From a virus: a stretch of 64,000 nucleotides of DNA. The stretch lies in the IMG/VR virus record IMGVR_UViG_3300005573_000052; one strand, written 5' to 3'. Numbering within the stretch: position 1 is the stretch's first letter; the number at the start of each line of letters is the position of its first letter. Under the pieces are notes generated by a model. That model had not been told where the DNA came from. It saw nothing but the letters and a program-made list of their open reading frames with translations, and ran no database searches. This document shows positions 46,130 through 55,424 of the stretch, piece after piece. Both the position numbers and the translations under genes were made by a program.

Positions 46130-46866
46130 TATGGAGTAAAGACCTGACCGGTTGCCTGAACCGCTTCAGCTTCCGTCTTAAACTGACCCAGCCATTCATC
46201 ACCGTTCCGCGCGGCCCAGCGTTGGCTTCTGGTGACGAAATGAACGCCCTTATATCTCGATGTTTTCTGCCTTGAGCGAGGAGGATTTTTGACGACCTCT
46301 TCAATGGAGAGGCCTCGGCGAAGGGCTCCATGCAATGTGTTCGGTTTCAGTCCTAATATCTCGGCCCATTCAGCTACACATTTACTTTCGCCCCGATACT
46401 CAACATAATGTGCGTTGCGTGAGTTGCGCCCCTGTGTCTTAGCATCGGTCCACCGACAGTTGCCGGGTTCATAATTGCCGTCGTTGTTAATCCGATCTAA
46501 GGACATAGATTGAGTCGGAGGCTCTCCCATGTCTTGGTAAAACCGCGAAAACTCATGCCACTCTGAGGTTACAGTAATACCCCTCGCTCCGTAAGCGTGA
46601 TAATAAGGGGCGTCTGGCTCATAACACCGCCGCAACATATCCCTCCATGCCGCCATCGTCTTTTTATAGAACGGAGTCCGATGCTTCTTGCGGGTGCATC
46701 CGCACGATTTTGCGTCACCCGTAGTTAGTCCGCCAGTCGTTACAACGGTTTCTTTCCCACAGTCACAACGGCACAACCATCGCTTTTTCTTGTTGTTATC
46801 TACGTGGGACAATCGAACAACCGTTAATATCCCAAACCGTCTCCCCGTATAATCGCGCTCAAGCAT
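46129..46866 (-). CDS. HNH-type homing endonuclease with AP2-like tail
   Basis: WLCRCDCG, SCGC, W.DM..RC, YGARGI, SLDRINNDGNYEPGNCRW, SRYKGV. Confidence 0.88.
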   Translation of the reverse strand: MLERDYTGRRFGILTVVRLSHVDNNKKKRWLCRCDCGKETVVTTGGLTTGDAKSCGCTRKKHRTPFYKKTMAAWRDMLRRCYEPDAPYYHAYGARGITVTSEWHEFSRFYQDMGEPPTQSMSLDRINNDGNYEPGNCRWTDAKTQGRNSRNAHYVEYRGESKCVAEWAEILGLKPNTLHGALRRGLSIEEVVKNPPRSRQKTSRYKGVHFVTRSQRWAARNGDEWLGQFKTEAEAVQATGQVFTP

Positions 46867-47485
46867 GACCGATAATCTCCTTGTAATCCTCCTCGGACAA
46901 GACCTTGTAATGCCCGACTATGCCGCTGAGCGAGCGATAACGGTTACAACTCGTGTGATAAATCTGAATGGTGGGGTCAAGGGCAAGAACCATCGTTTCC
47001 AACTCATGCAAATCCAGAAAACGTAAGGTCGTCTGTCCGTTGAAATTAGCATGAATGCGCAAGTTATCTATTCCATTCACGGTCTTGTGTTTGAGTGTCT
47101 CCAAGCAAGCTCCCGAATCACACTCGCCGTCACTAATCAATACATGCACATTACGCGTTCGATCAGCCATTGCCATACCTAGGGCGATAGCCAATCCACA
47201 TCCAAGACTTCCCGCACTGACATGAATGCCATTGTCTGGATCGCGGTGAGGATGAGTGCGATGCTTGAGATAAAGCTGCTCGGCGTCTCGTCCTTCATAT
47301 TTTTCCAGTGCGACGTAAAGAGCCAACCCAGCATGACCCTGACTGAGAACAAAGAGGTCGCGAGGGGCCTTAGACTGATAAATTGAATCAATGATGTCAA
47401 TGGCGGTTAAGCAGCTACTCAAATGGCCGAGTTTGTGCTTGTAGGCCAATTGGAGGATTCGGTAGTGAAGACGGGGTATGCTCAC
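46859..47485 (-). CDS. transketolase-like ThDP-binding subunit
   Basis: GHLSSCL, FVLSQGHA, GSLGCGL.IALGMA, ISDGECDSG...N, VGHY. Confidence 0.88.
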   Translation of the reverse strand: MSIPRLHYRILQLAYKHKLGHLSSCLTAIDIIDSIYQSKAPRDLFVLSQGHAGLALYVALEKYEGRDAEQLYLKHRTHPHRDPDNGIHVSAGSLGCGLAIALGMAMADRTRNVHVLISDGECDSGACLETLKHKTVNGIDNLRIHANFNGQTTLRFLDLHELETMVLALDPTIQIYHTSCNRYRSLSGIVGHYKVLSEEDYKEIIGHA

Positions 47486-48402
47486 GGGGTAGCGTAAGGG
47501 CTGAGGTAGTAGTCGCGGGTATCCAGTATCGCCGCTTCACTGGAATAGTCAAGCTCCAAATTGAACTCGCCCTGAATACGTGTGAGATTGGCAGAGTAGC
47601 GAGACGAGCCCACGTTGGAAACAAAGGTCTGGTCCGGTGCGGCGCGTGTAACAAGGTCCGGTGCAATGAGTTGCGCGGCCCGCTCCACCGTAATAACATC
47701 GTCGGAACCCGTGTCGTAGATGATGGGAGCCCTACCCCAAACCATCACGAACAGGGCCTGAGCCACGAAATCTGTGACATGGGCGAAGGAGCGATAGCAT
47801 GGTTGGACCGACACAACGAGCGGCTGGTTGGCCCGGGCGTTACGCAGAAACGACGCGATGGCGAAGTGGCCGTTTAGGTCCATTCCCGGCCCGATGACTG
47901 CATGAGGGCGCACGATGACCGCGTTCTCCGTCGTGATGCCTTGTAACCACCATTCGGCCTCGCCCTTGACCCGGGCATAGATGGAGGTGGAGGACGCCGC
48001 TTCTACCGCGCCCGAACTGACATAGAGCAGCCGCCCATCCGCGCGAACGACACCCTTGTAGAGGTTCAGCAGCCCCCGGTAGTGCGGACTGGCCAGTCCA
48101 TGCTCAACCGACAGCATTGTGCCCGGGTCGCCCGCGCAATGGATGGTGTAGTCGGCTTGGCTCTGGAACGGCTCGATGTAGGTAGTCTCATCCATGATGT
48201 CCCAGCCCGTGCGCCGCGAACCGCCCTTGACCTCCACGTTAACCCCAACCGTATCGCGCAGATAGGCGAAATAGGCGTGGAACCATGAGCCAAAGAACCC
48301 GGTGCTGCCCGCAATGAAGACCTTGGTATTGTGCAAGGCCTCGTGAAGGGGCTCGGTGCGCTGGGCCAAGCGGGCGAGATAGCGAGGTGGTGGAGTAAAC
48401 AC
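47482..48402 (-). CDS. NAD-dependent epimerase/dehydratase (extended SDR)
   Basis: IAGSTGFFGSW, YVSSGAV, YARVK, RSFAHVTD; GTG start chosen after the upstream stop. Confidence 0.85.
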   Translation of the reverse strand: MFTPPPRYLARLAQRTEPLHEALHNTKVFIAGSTGFFGSWFHAYFAYLRDTVGVNVEVKGGSRRTGWDIMDETTYIEPFQSQADYTIHCAGDPGTMLSVEHGLASPHYRGLLNLYKGVVRADGRLLYVSSGAVEAASSTSIYARVKGEAEWWLQGITTENAVIVRPHAVIGPGMDLNGHFAIASFLRNARANQPLVVSVQPCYRSFAHVTDFVAQALFVMVWGRAPIIYDTGSDDVITVERAAQLIAPDLVTRAAPDQTFVSNVGSSRYSANLTRIQGEFNLELDYSSEAAILDTRDYYLSPYATP

Positions 48403-48410
48403 GGGGCGAA

Positions 48411-49100
48411 TCAGTCCCAGACAATTTGATCGCGGATTTCGGGGGACGAGAACAGTTTGACCCGGGTGAGGACGAGAGGGGTAGGCTCGGGGTGGCGAAC
48501 CGAGCGGCCCGGGATATGGAGGATGAAAGACCTGCCGGGGATAAACTGACCCGGGGTGGTCGTCGGCCAGTTGTAGTGAGCCCAGTCGTAAGAATTGAGC
48601 AGCCATTGGTCCATCACCTTGATGCGCCCCGCAAACTCAGGCTTCTCTCGGTTGTCGGTCATGGCGTTCTGCTCCTTCCACTCCCGCGCGGTATACTCGG
48701 GTTCAACCTCCAACAAGCGGTCAAGCCATGTCCTCAGCCATTCGCTCTTGCGCAGGATGAAGACCCCCGCGTTCAGCCCATTGACATCTGCCGCGATGTA
48801 GAAGTCCTTGCCGTCCTCCAATAGTGACTCTACCGTGATGGTATGGGTCATGATTTGGGCGTGGCCATTAAGACAGAGAATGACATCCACGTCGCGCCCC
48901 TCGGGAAGGTTGCCAAAGAACAGGTCACGGATATAGGCCAGTCGGTCATAGGCGTAGTAGCCGGGGTCCGCGCGATACGGACGATTGCGCACGATGTGAC
49001 AATAACCGTGCTTGGCACAGTAGGCATCCTTGACCGGACCGTTTACATCATGAAGCGGCTGGTAGTCAGGAGTGAAGAAAGAAAGGACAGCGGTAGACAT
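48411..49100 (-). CDS. GT34/MNN10-like glycosyltransferase
   Basis: AYCAKHGY, DVNGLNAGVFILR, EQNAM, FILHIPG. Confidence 0.75.
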   Translation of the reverse strand: MSTAVLSFFTPDYQPLHDVNGPVKDAYCAKHGYCHIVRNRPYRADPGYYAYDRLAYIRDLFFGNLPEGRDVDVILCLNGHAQIMTHTITVESLLEDGKDFYIAADVNGLNAGVFILRKSEWLRTWLDRLLEVEPEYTAREWKEQNAMTDNREKPEFAGRIKVMDQWLLNSYDWAHYNWPTTTPGQFIPGRSFILHIPGRSVRHPEPTPLVLTRVKLFSSPEIRDQIVWD

Positions 49101-49109
49101 GAGTGGAAG

Positions 49110-50009
49110 TCAAGGAAGAAGATGGTTCAGGCCGTTCTCGATCCGGTTCGTGGCAAAAGTCAGGTCCGATACACCGTAACGGTGAAGCTGGACGAGCTTG
49201 GAGAGCGAAATACGGAGGTAGTAGGTCCAGAAACGCAGGTCAAAGTCACTTGGCTTGGGACCGGCGTGGAGGAAATAAGAGTCGAGGAAAGTCGGCCAAG
49301 TATCCGGGGTATGCGCGACGAAGGTAGCCCAGTAAGCGAGGTCAAAAATGGGGTCGCCAATCAGCGCGTCCTCCCAGTCAATAATGGCGGTGACAAGGTC
49401 CTGCTGGACGAAGACGTTGTGATCGTTGAGATCGCCGTGGAGAAGGGTGGTGGGGAAATTGGCCCACTTGTGCTGGCTGATGAAGCCGCCAAGCTTGGAT
49501 GAGACATAATGCACCTCGGCTTGGTCAAGCAGGTTGTGCTTCGTGGCGTAGTCAAGATGGGAAATCAGGTTGGTCTGAAGGTAATAGACCCAACAACCAT
49601 GCAATCCGGTGGGGGTTTCACTAAAGGGGTCGATCAGCCCTGCGCCACGCGCGTCTACCGCGTGCAAAATCGCCAGCGTGCGCCCAAGGTCCTTGTAGGC
49701 GGCGAGCTTCTGTCCGGGCGTGACCAATCTGGCAATCGTGGCACCCTGCGCCACCTCCATCTCCTGCCACGACTGGGTGGGCTCAAAACGGACGGTCTTG
49801 ACTCGCGCCACCGGCACGCCCGCCTTGTGCGCCGCCTCGATTACCCGCCCTTCCGCGATCATGGAATAGTCGTGGGGAGTGAAGGAGTAGCGGCGCAGGG
49901 TGGGGCGGTTCGCGGCCCAGTCGATGTGATGGCGGGTGCCAACGACCGGTTCATCCGTCTTGGGATAGAACAGGGAGCGGCGATGGGCGAGATAGTCGGC
50001 GGGGGTCAC
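49110..50009 (-). CDS. aminoglycoside-phosphotransferase/choline-kinase family protein
   Basis: LLHGDLNDHNVFV, IIDWEDALIGDPIFDLA. Confidence 0.88.
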   Translation of the reverse strand: MTPADYLAHRRSLFYPKTDEPVVGTRHHIDWAANRPTLRRYSFTPHDYSMIAEGRVIEAAHKAGVPVARVKTVRFEPTQSWQEMEVAQGATIARLVTPGQKLAAYKDLGRTLAILHAVDARGAGLIDPFSETPTGLHGCWVYYLQTNLISHLDYATKHNLLDQAEVHYVSSKLGGFISQHKWANFPTTLLHGDLNDHNVFVQQDLVTAIIDWEDALIGDPIFDLAYWATFVAHTPDTWPTFLDSYFLHAGPKPSDFDLRFWTYYLRISLSKLVQLHRYGVSDLTFATNRIENGLNHLLP

Positions 50010-50983
50010 TGCTGGAGCGTGTAGGCAAGGTCCTCGTAGTCAAATGCGTGGATGATGAGCTGAGCCTCCTTGGCAATACGGGTGCGGATGTCCACGGGGA
50101 GATTGCGAGCCTGAGCAAGGTTGTATTCCGTGGTCGGCTTCTCGACAGTGCCCCACGGCGGCAACGTGGTCAATTCGCGTCCGTTGAAAGACGGGTAGTT
50201 CAGGGCGTCGTCCCAAGGGAGTCCGATTTGAGCGAGGATGGGTTCGAGGGCGGCACGACGGTTGGCCAACAGGTCCTCAAGGCGCACGACGTGGAAACGG
50301 CCCGCATACTTGGCTCGGTAACCGTAGGCCAGCCCATGAGCCACGTTATAGGGGAGAAGATACTCCTCAAGGGACTGCTGGGGAAACGGGCGGCGCAGGT
50401 AGTCGGCATACGCGCTGAACGGGTTGCGCACGACATGGATGATATGGGCGGTGGGGAAATCAGCAAACAGCTTGTCGGTCTCTGCCACCATGCCGGGGTT
50501 GTAGCCCACATAGTGGGTCTCACGTCCCGAGTGGTTGAGGTTCTCCCATGCGTCGAAAAAGGAGCGGAAGTAGGCTTCGATGACCCCTTGACGAAAACCC
50601 TTCAAATGGCGAATTGCCAACGGATCGGTTGTGTGTCTCAAAAACGCCTCGCGCCGCTTCTCCTCGCTCATCACCATACCGCAGTCCCTAAACTTGCTCC
50701 GTTGCGGATTGCGCAGATAGGCCTTGCACTCCTCGTCCCACAGCAGGTCAAAGGCCCGCTCGTAACTCGTGCCCTCCGGGAACTCGGGATACCCGTAACG
50801 GACCGGATGGATGGAAGGGCAGAGGATGTTGCGGGAGAACTTGGTGCCAATCTGGGACTCGAAGCCGTAAGTGAGGCAGTTGGGGTGGCCATCGAAGTGA
50901 CGATGAGTCAAATTGCCGCCGTGTTCAAATTCGGCAGAAATCATGATGAGATTGAAGGGCGTGGGTGCGCTGGTAATAGTCAT
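50006..50983 (-). CDS. sulfotransferase-fold protein
   Basis: IIHVVRNPFSAYA, VRLEDLL.N....L..I...GLPW; the 5'-PSB loop (EHGGN) is atypical. Confidence 0.72.
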   Translation of the reverse strand: MTITSAPTPFNLIMISAEFEHGGNLTHRHFDGHPNCLTYGFESQIGTKFSRNILCPSIHPVRYGYPEFPEGTSYERAFDLLWDEECKAYLRNPQRSKFRDCGMVMSEEKRREAFLRHTTDPLAIRHLKGFRQGVIEAYFRSFFDAWENLNHSGRETHYVGYNPGMVAETDKLFADFPTAHIIHVVRNPFSAYADYLRRPFPQQSLEEYLLPYNVAHGLAYGYRAKYAGRFHVVRLEDLLANRRAALEPILAQIGLPWDDALNYPSFNGRELTTLPPWGTVEKPTTEYNLAQARNLPVDIRTRIAKEAQLIIHAFDYEDLAYTLQQ

Positions 50984-50991
50984 ATCCCACC

Positions 50992-51021
50992 ATGATAGCC
51001 CGTTTGGGGTGCCACTGTCAA
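50992..51021 (-). promoter_or_regulatory. promoter (near-leaderless)
   Basis: TTGACA-N10-AAACGGGC-TATCAT-N8-ATG. Confidence 0.7.
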
Positions 51022-51022
51022 C

Positions 51023-51511
51023 TCACGGTTGCGCGCGTGTGGTGTAAATGTCCGTGACAAGGCCGAGATAGTTGTCCTCGGTCATGCGCCAACGGTTCTC
51101 GTAGTAGCGGTTGTTGTCCCCGCTCATAATCCAACCTAGCCCGTCTTTTTGTGCGGTGCGATGGGATACCGGGAGAGACCCGACAGGACGCCAATTGGCG
51201 CGATAAAGCACGACCTGTCCGGCCCGGAGAGACGAATAGGGATAAGAAAAATCGACCGCAATGTAGTCACCACCGTGAATCAGCGGTTTCATTGAGCCAG
51301 TGTCGCTCACGATGAAATAGCCCCCCCGCTCCATCTCGCCCGCCCGGAACATGGCGGCGACCCTCGCCTGAGCCCCGTTTGCACAACCCCAATGCACCAC
51401 CGGGTTTTCCGGATTGGCCATCTCGTCGCACGAGGCCACGCCAAACAGCAGCCATAGGGCCAGCAACAAGGGGGCTAGGAAAGTAATTGGTCGATAGCGG
51501 GATAGATGCAT
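51023..51511 (-). CDS. S24/S26 peptidase-like predicted lipoprotein
   Basis: Hydrophobic leader ending VASC; GSMKPLIHGGD and VSHR. Confidence 0.7.
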   Translation of the reverse strand: MHLSRYRPITFLAPLLLALWLLFGVASCDEMANPENPVVHWGCANGAQARVAAMFRAGEMERGGYFIVSDTGSMKPLIHGGDYIAVDFSYPYSSLRAGQVVLYRANWRPVGSLPVSHRTAQKDGLGWIMSGDNNRYYENRWRMTEDNYLGLVTDIYTTRAQP

Positions 51512-52296
51512 GACTTCAACGGGATGTCGTTGACCCGTAGAGCACTGAGATATATCGCATTGGGATTGATGGGTTGGATGGCAGGGAGATATTGGTCGCC
51601 ATAATAAGCAGACGAGTATAACCCAAGCGCCCGCTGCTTGTAAGCCCCGGCAACATGTCCCATGCCCGTGTCCGTGTGAATGAGAGCCCGGCAAGCCAGC
51701 ATGTTACGGACTGAGTCGAAATAGTTGGTCGGTAGACAAATTGTTCCACGTAGAACAGGCTCATCTGCCCCGCCCAACTGAAGGACACGGAATCCCTGCG
51801 ATAAGATGTAATCCGCGATGGACTGTGCTGTCTCAATGTCGAGCCGCTTGTCGTTGCCGGGGTTGTAAAAACCCGCGAAAGCCGCCAACGCCACCGCGTC
51901 CTTGAAATCGTCCCGGACACTAAACCACTTAGTCAACACGGTTGAGATATCGGCGGGGATGGGCAGCCCAACCATATATGCGGCTTCGGCATTTTGATGC
52001 CGATATCTCCACCAATCCTGTTCGCGATGAGGGGGGAAGCCGTTGAAAACTATGTCGTAACGGGAACGATGAAGATAATCACGGTCCATTTCGTTGGGCC
52101 AGCCTTGGTAAGAATTGTAAACGTGGATGTCGTCGTAGTAAGGATGCCGAGCGAAAAGAGGAGCCATGTCGGCAAACTCTGGACCGAGACCGAGAGTGAG
52201 GGACGTATTGGGGTGCTGTTCTTTGAAGGCTCGGGCGGCGACGGTGGACATGACAAGGTCACCCCGAAGACCGAGATTAAACCCTATGGCTCTCAT
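51475..52296 (-). CDS. GT9 (heptosyltransferase-like) glycosyltransferase
   Basis: GLRGDLVMST, VLQLGG, LIHTDTGMGHVAGA, ALGLY. Confidence 0.85.
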   Translation of the reverse strand: MRAIGFNLGLRGDLVMSTVAARAFKEQHPNTSLTLGLGPEFADMAPLFARHPYYDDIHVYNSYQGWPNEMDRDYLHRSRYDIVFNGFPPHREQDWWRYRHQNAEAAYMVGLPIPADISTVLTKWFSVRDDFKDAVALAAFAGFYNPGNDKRLDIETAQSIADYILSQGFRVLQLGGADEPVLRGTICLPTNYFDSVRNMLACRALIHTDTGMGHVAGAYKQRALGLYSSAYYGDQYLPAIQPINPNAIYLSALRVNDIPLKSCIYPAIDQLLS

Positions 52297-53248
52297 GAGT
52301 TATGTGATTTAGTTTAGCCCGGTCTCCCCAGACAATTTTTGCCTGTTCATTATAGGCAATTGCGGCTTCTTTTTCTGTGTCAAACGATCCAAGATTGTGG
52401 TTTTTCCCACCGTGTCTTATTTGGGCAAACCATTTTCCGGTTCGCTTGTAAAATGAAACACCCCGATATTTAGAAAGTCCTCTCCCAAAATTTTCACTTT
52501 TGATTTCTTCTTGCAACCGATCACACTCAACTAAAATAAAGTTACGAGAAGACTCCAAATTAGGATTCTTCAACAGATAACATTCTCTAACTTCGGCGGC
52601 TTTCCTTTCAGAGGCGAAACGACCTAAAACTTTTCGTTTGCCATTTTCCATAACATAAGTTTTCCATTTTCCTGATACCTCTTGAATCACCCCGATAAAC
52701 AACGACGAAGTCTGTTTTTTTAATTTTGGTCGGTCTATTTTTTCCGTGACCATTTTTATTTCTTCTTCCGTTGCGTCTGGAACATTTTTCGCAGCAAATT
52801 CACCAACCAATCGTGTCGCCATTATATCCCTAGCGATGGAAGCTTCTCGCAAGGAAGTAAAATAACGAGAAACGTGTGTTTCGCCGTCAACTTTTATTTC
52901 AGCGTTCCATTTACCCGTTCTGCTATCACAATAAACGCCCCTATGTCCGACTTTGTTTGTTACATAAACTTTTGAATTATGATGATTTTGAGACTGTGTT
53001 GCCAGTCTTAAATTACTTTTTTGATTATCCAACCCATTTCCGTTAATGTGATCGACTACTTTGTCTCTAATGTCATACCCGTTTCTTTCCATGACAAAAC
53101 GATGTAAAAAACCTAACTCCGAATGTTTTGCGTAACGAGTTTGTTTTCGTGGAGACCCAGCCAAACTCCACCGAAAGGGTAGCGCAGCAAGATAATCTTC
53201 GTCGTCAAGCAGAGCCACTTTCCCTTGAGATAATTGAAGTTCTTTCAT
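52277..53248 (-). CDS. HNH homing endonuclease with multiple AP2 domains (very AT-rich)
   Basis: LHRFVM, VDHINGNGLDNQKSNLR, three AP2-like repeats (GV.....GKW.A.I...G....LG.F..E.EAA.AYN). Confidence 0.9.
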   Translation of the reverse strand: MKELQLSQGKVALLDDEDYLAALPFRWSLAGSPRKQTRYAKHSELGFLHRFVMERNGYDIRDKVVDHINGNGLDNQKSNLRLATQSQNHHNSKVYVTNKVGHRGVYCDSRTGKWNAEIKVDGETHVSRYFTSLREASIARDIMATRLVGEFAAKNVPDATEEEIKMVTEKIDRPKLKKQTSSLFIGVIQEVSGKWKTYVMENGKRKVLGRFASERKAAEVRECYLLKNPNLESSRNFILVECDRLQEEIKSENFGRGLSKYRGVSFYKRTGKWFAQIRHGGKNHNLGSFDTEKEAAIAYNEQAKIVWGDRAKLNHITHESHRV

Positions 53249-53359
53249 AGAACCTATTATACACCCACTGTCTTGCCTTTTGTGACTCGTGAGGATCAAA
53301 TCAATCTATTATTACGATCCCCACGATTCGTTCTCCCTCTCGGCTCAATTCATCTCCCC

Positions 53360-53962
53360 TTACTGGTGATGCTCCCCCAGCCCCACCTCGGCATCGCCCT
53401 CAACCAAGTGCCTGCGCTGCTTCATCAGCACCCGGGGAATTGCGTGGCCGTTGTGTCGGTCATCCCGCGCATAGACCCGAATCGGCGCGAAATGGGCGCG
53501 ATACCGGTCCTCGTAGGCCCAGCGCACATCGCCCAGAAAGTCGTCCACCAGCACCCACGGGATGTCCAAGTCGAGCGCAAGCTGGTAGTCGTTCTCCACC
53601 CCGCCGCGCGAATGGTCACCGTCGAGGTTGAACAGGTCGAACCGCTGGCCCGCCAAGTCGCCCCGCACGTCTGCACTACTTTTCTGGAGCAGAGTGAAAC
53701 GGTCGGGGAAGGCGGATTGGAGGAGAGGGGCGTTGCTCAGCAGGTTATCGGTGCCCTGCATGGGGTCCACGGAGGTCAACGTGGCGTCGCCGCTCAGGTA
53801 GAGCAAAGCCGCAGCCGAACCGCCCCGAAAGAACCCGGTTTCGAGGATGTTGCGCGGGCGCGTCAGGGCGATGACATCGGAGAAAATGGTGTGGTCGCAA
53901 CCGGGCGTAGTGCGGGTTGAGTCGTAACCGAAGTGGATTAGGAGGTCGGCGGGGGACATCAC
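53360..53962 (-). CDS. class I SAM methyltransferase (Methyltransf_24-like)
   Basis: ILETGFFRGGSA, SVDP, FDLFNLDGDHS, LVDD. Confidence 0.85.
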   Translation of the reverse strand: MMSPADLLIHFGYDSTRTTPGCDHTIFSDVIALTRPRNILETGFFRGGSAAALLYLSGDATLTSVDPMQGTDNLLSNAPLLQSAFPDRFTLLQKSSADVRGDLAGQRFDLFNLDGDHSRGGVENDYQLALDLDIPWVLVDDFLGDVRWAYEDRYRAHFAPIRVYARDDRHNGHAIPRVLMKQRRHLVEGDAEVGLGEHHQ

Positions 53963-54630
53963 CAGTTAACCATCTCGACCGGCGTGGCATGGAGGAACTT
54001 GGCCTCCTGCTTGGGATAAAGCATGACCTTCTCGCTGTAGGGTCGGTTGGCGCAACGAAAATGATGGGCGTTCCAGCCCCGATCCCACAGCCAATAGTCG
54101 CGCACAGGAAGGGCCATCTGCCCGAGGAACTGGGCGAAGTTGTTGGGGTCTACCATGAGGGCGGGGTAGAGATAGTTATGGGTCACGTTGGCGTGCGGGA
54201 TGCTGATGATGATGTCGCCATCCGGCTTGACCAGCTTCTTGATCTCGGCAAGGCAGTGATAGGGATTAGTCAGGTGCTCTAAGGTCTCAAGACAGAAAGC
54301 TACGTCAAACGGACCGCACAAAGTCGTATCACGATAGGTGGCAAAGGGATGATGGTCCAAATCAGCCCGAAACCAGTCGCCCTTACACAACTGCTGTTCC
54401 GGGGTTACCTCTGCCCCGTCAATCACCCAGTATTCGGTGGTAGGGTCGAGTCGCTTGCCAAGGAAGCCTAGTCCTCCACCCACGTCCACCACGCGCTTGC
54501 CCTTGAGCTGTTCGCGCAGGTTCCAATGGCTGAGCATGGCGTCAAGACGAGGACCGTGGTCACGGTCATAGGCGTGAAGGTAATCTTCATCAGGGTTCTT
54601 GACGAAAAAATTAGAGACAGAGGAATCCAT
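53959..54630 (-). CDS. class I SAM methyltransferase
   Basis: VVDVGGGLG, FDVAFCLETLEHL.NP, IIISIP. Confidence 0.88.
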   Translation of the reverse strand: MDSSVSNFFVKNPDEDYLHAYDRDHGPRLDAMLSHWNLREQLKGKRVVDVGGGLGFLGKRLDPTTEYWVIDGAEVTPEQQLCKGDWFRADLDHHPFATYRDTTLCGPFDVAFCLETLEHLTNPYHCLAEIKKLVKPDGDIIISIPHANVTHNYLYPALMVDPNNFAQFLGQMALPVRDYWLWDRGWNAHHFRCANRPYSEKVMLYPKQEAKFLHATPVEMVNW

Positions 54631-54654
54631 GTGAAAGCAGTTAGCGCGAATCAG

Positions 54655-55083
54655 TTAGCTCACCACTGCCGTAGCCGGGGCCACCCTAGTCTTCTCCGCC
54701 AGCCAGTGCTCCACCACCCGCTTGTGGGCCGGGCCGATGTTGGGACAGTTCGCCAGAATAGCGCGCAGATGGTCAACCTCAAACTCCTTGATGGGCCGGA
54801 ATCGGAGCGGCTGTTTACCATCCTTTCCCCTCGTGCCCCAAAGCAGCTTGGCCGCGATGACCTCAAACGGGTCTTCGTCAGTCAAACAATACTCCTGATA
54901 CCGATTCTGGGCGTCAAGACGGATGAAATCGCCCCCGCGCCGACAATACTCACGGCCACCGTCAAGGATAAGGACGCTAGAATCGGCGGCGAGCGTGTGC
55001 TCGATGTAGTCGTGGACGTGAGAGGAGACGAGGTAGAGGTCTTCCTCGTATACGTAGGCGGCGTTCTGCAACAGTGTAGGCAT
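54655..55083 (-). CDS. conserved phage hypothetical protein
   Basis: SSHVHDY, LDGGREYCRRGG, WGTRGKDGKQPL, HLRAIL motifs. Confidence 0.75.
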   Translation of the reverse strand: MPTLLQNAAYVYEEDLYLVSSHVHDYIEHTLAADSSVLILDGGREYCRRGGDFIRLDAQNRYQEYCLTDEDPFEVIAAKLLWGTRGKDGKQPLRFRPIKEFEVDHLRAILANCPNIGPAHKRVVEHWLAEKTRVAPATAVVS

Positions 55084-55379
55084 CAGAGTGTTATGGATTT
55101 GAGGGTAGTGCGATCGGAGTCAAGCAGAGACATCCCGCGCGGATTGCGACGGTCAGTCACAACCCTGAGCCCTCCCAATACCTCCTCGTTGTCCGGGATA
55201 ACGGGATAACCGTGGTGGGAATTGACTGCGCAACCAATAGAGAGATAGACAGGCGGATTATCCCAGTCCCAATTAGAGAAGGTGTAAGATTTGACTAGTC
55301 GGTCGGCACTAGCCAGTAGCTCCTCACGGATGGCGGCGGAGTGATCAGGAAGAGAAGATAGAGGGGCTTGCGTGGACAT
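55083..55379 (-). CDS. hypothetical protein
   Basis: Start after the promoter at 55395-55424. Confidence 0.55.
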   Translation of the reverse strand: MSTQAPLSSLPDHSAAIREELLASADRLVKSYTFSNWDWDNPPVYLSIGCAVNSHHGYPVIPDNEEVLGGLRVVTDRRNPRGMSLLDSDRTTLKSITL

Positions 55380-55394
55380 GGAAACGACAACGGT

Positions 55395-55424
55395 ATTATA
55401 GGGCATTTGGGACGCAAGTGTCAA
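55395..55424 (-). promoter_or_regulatory. consensus sigma70 promoter
   Basis: TTGACA-N18-TATAAT. Confidence 0.8.
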
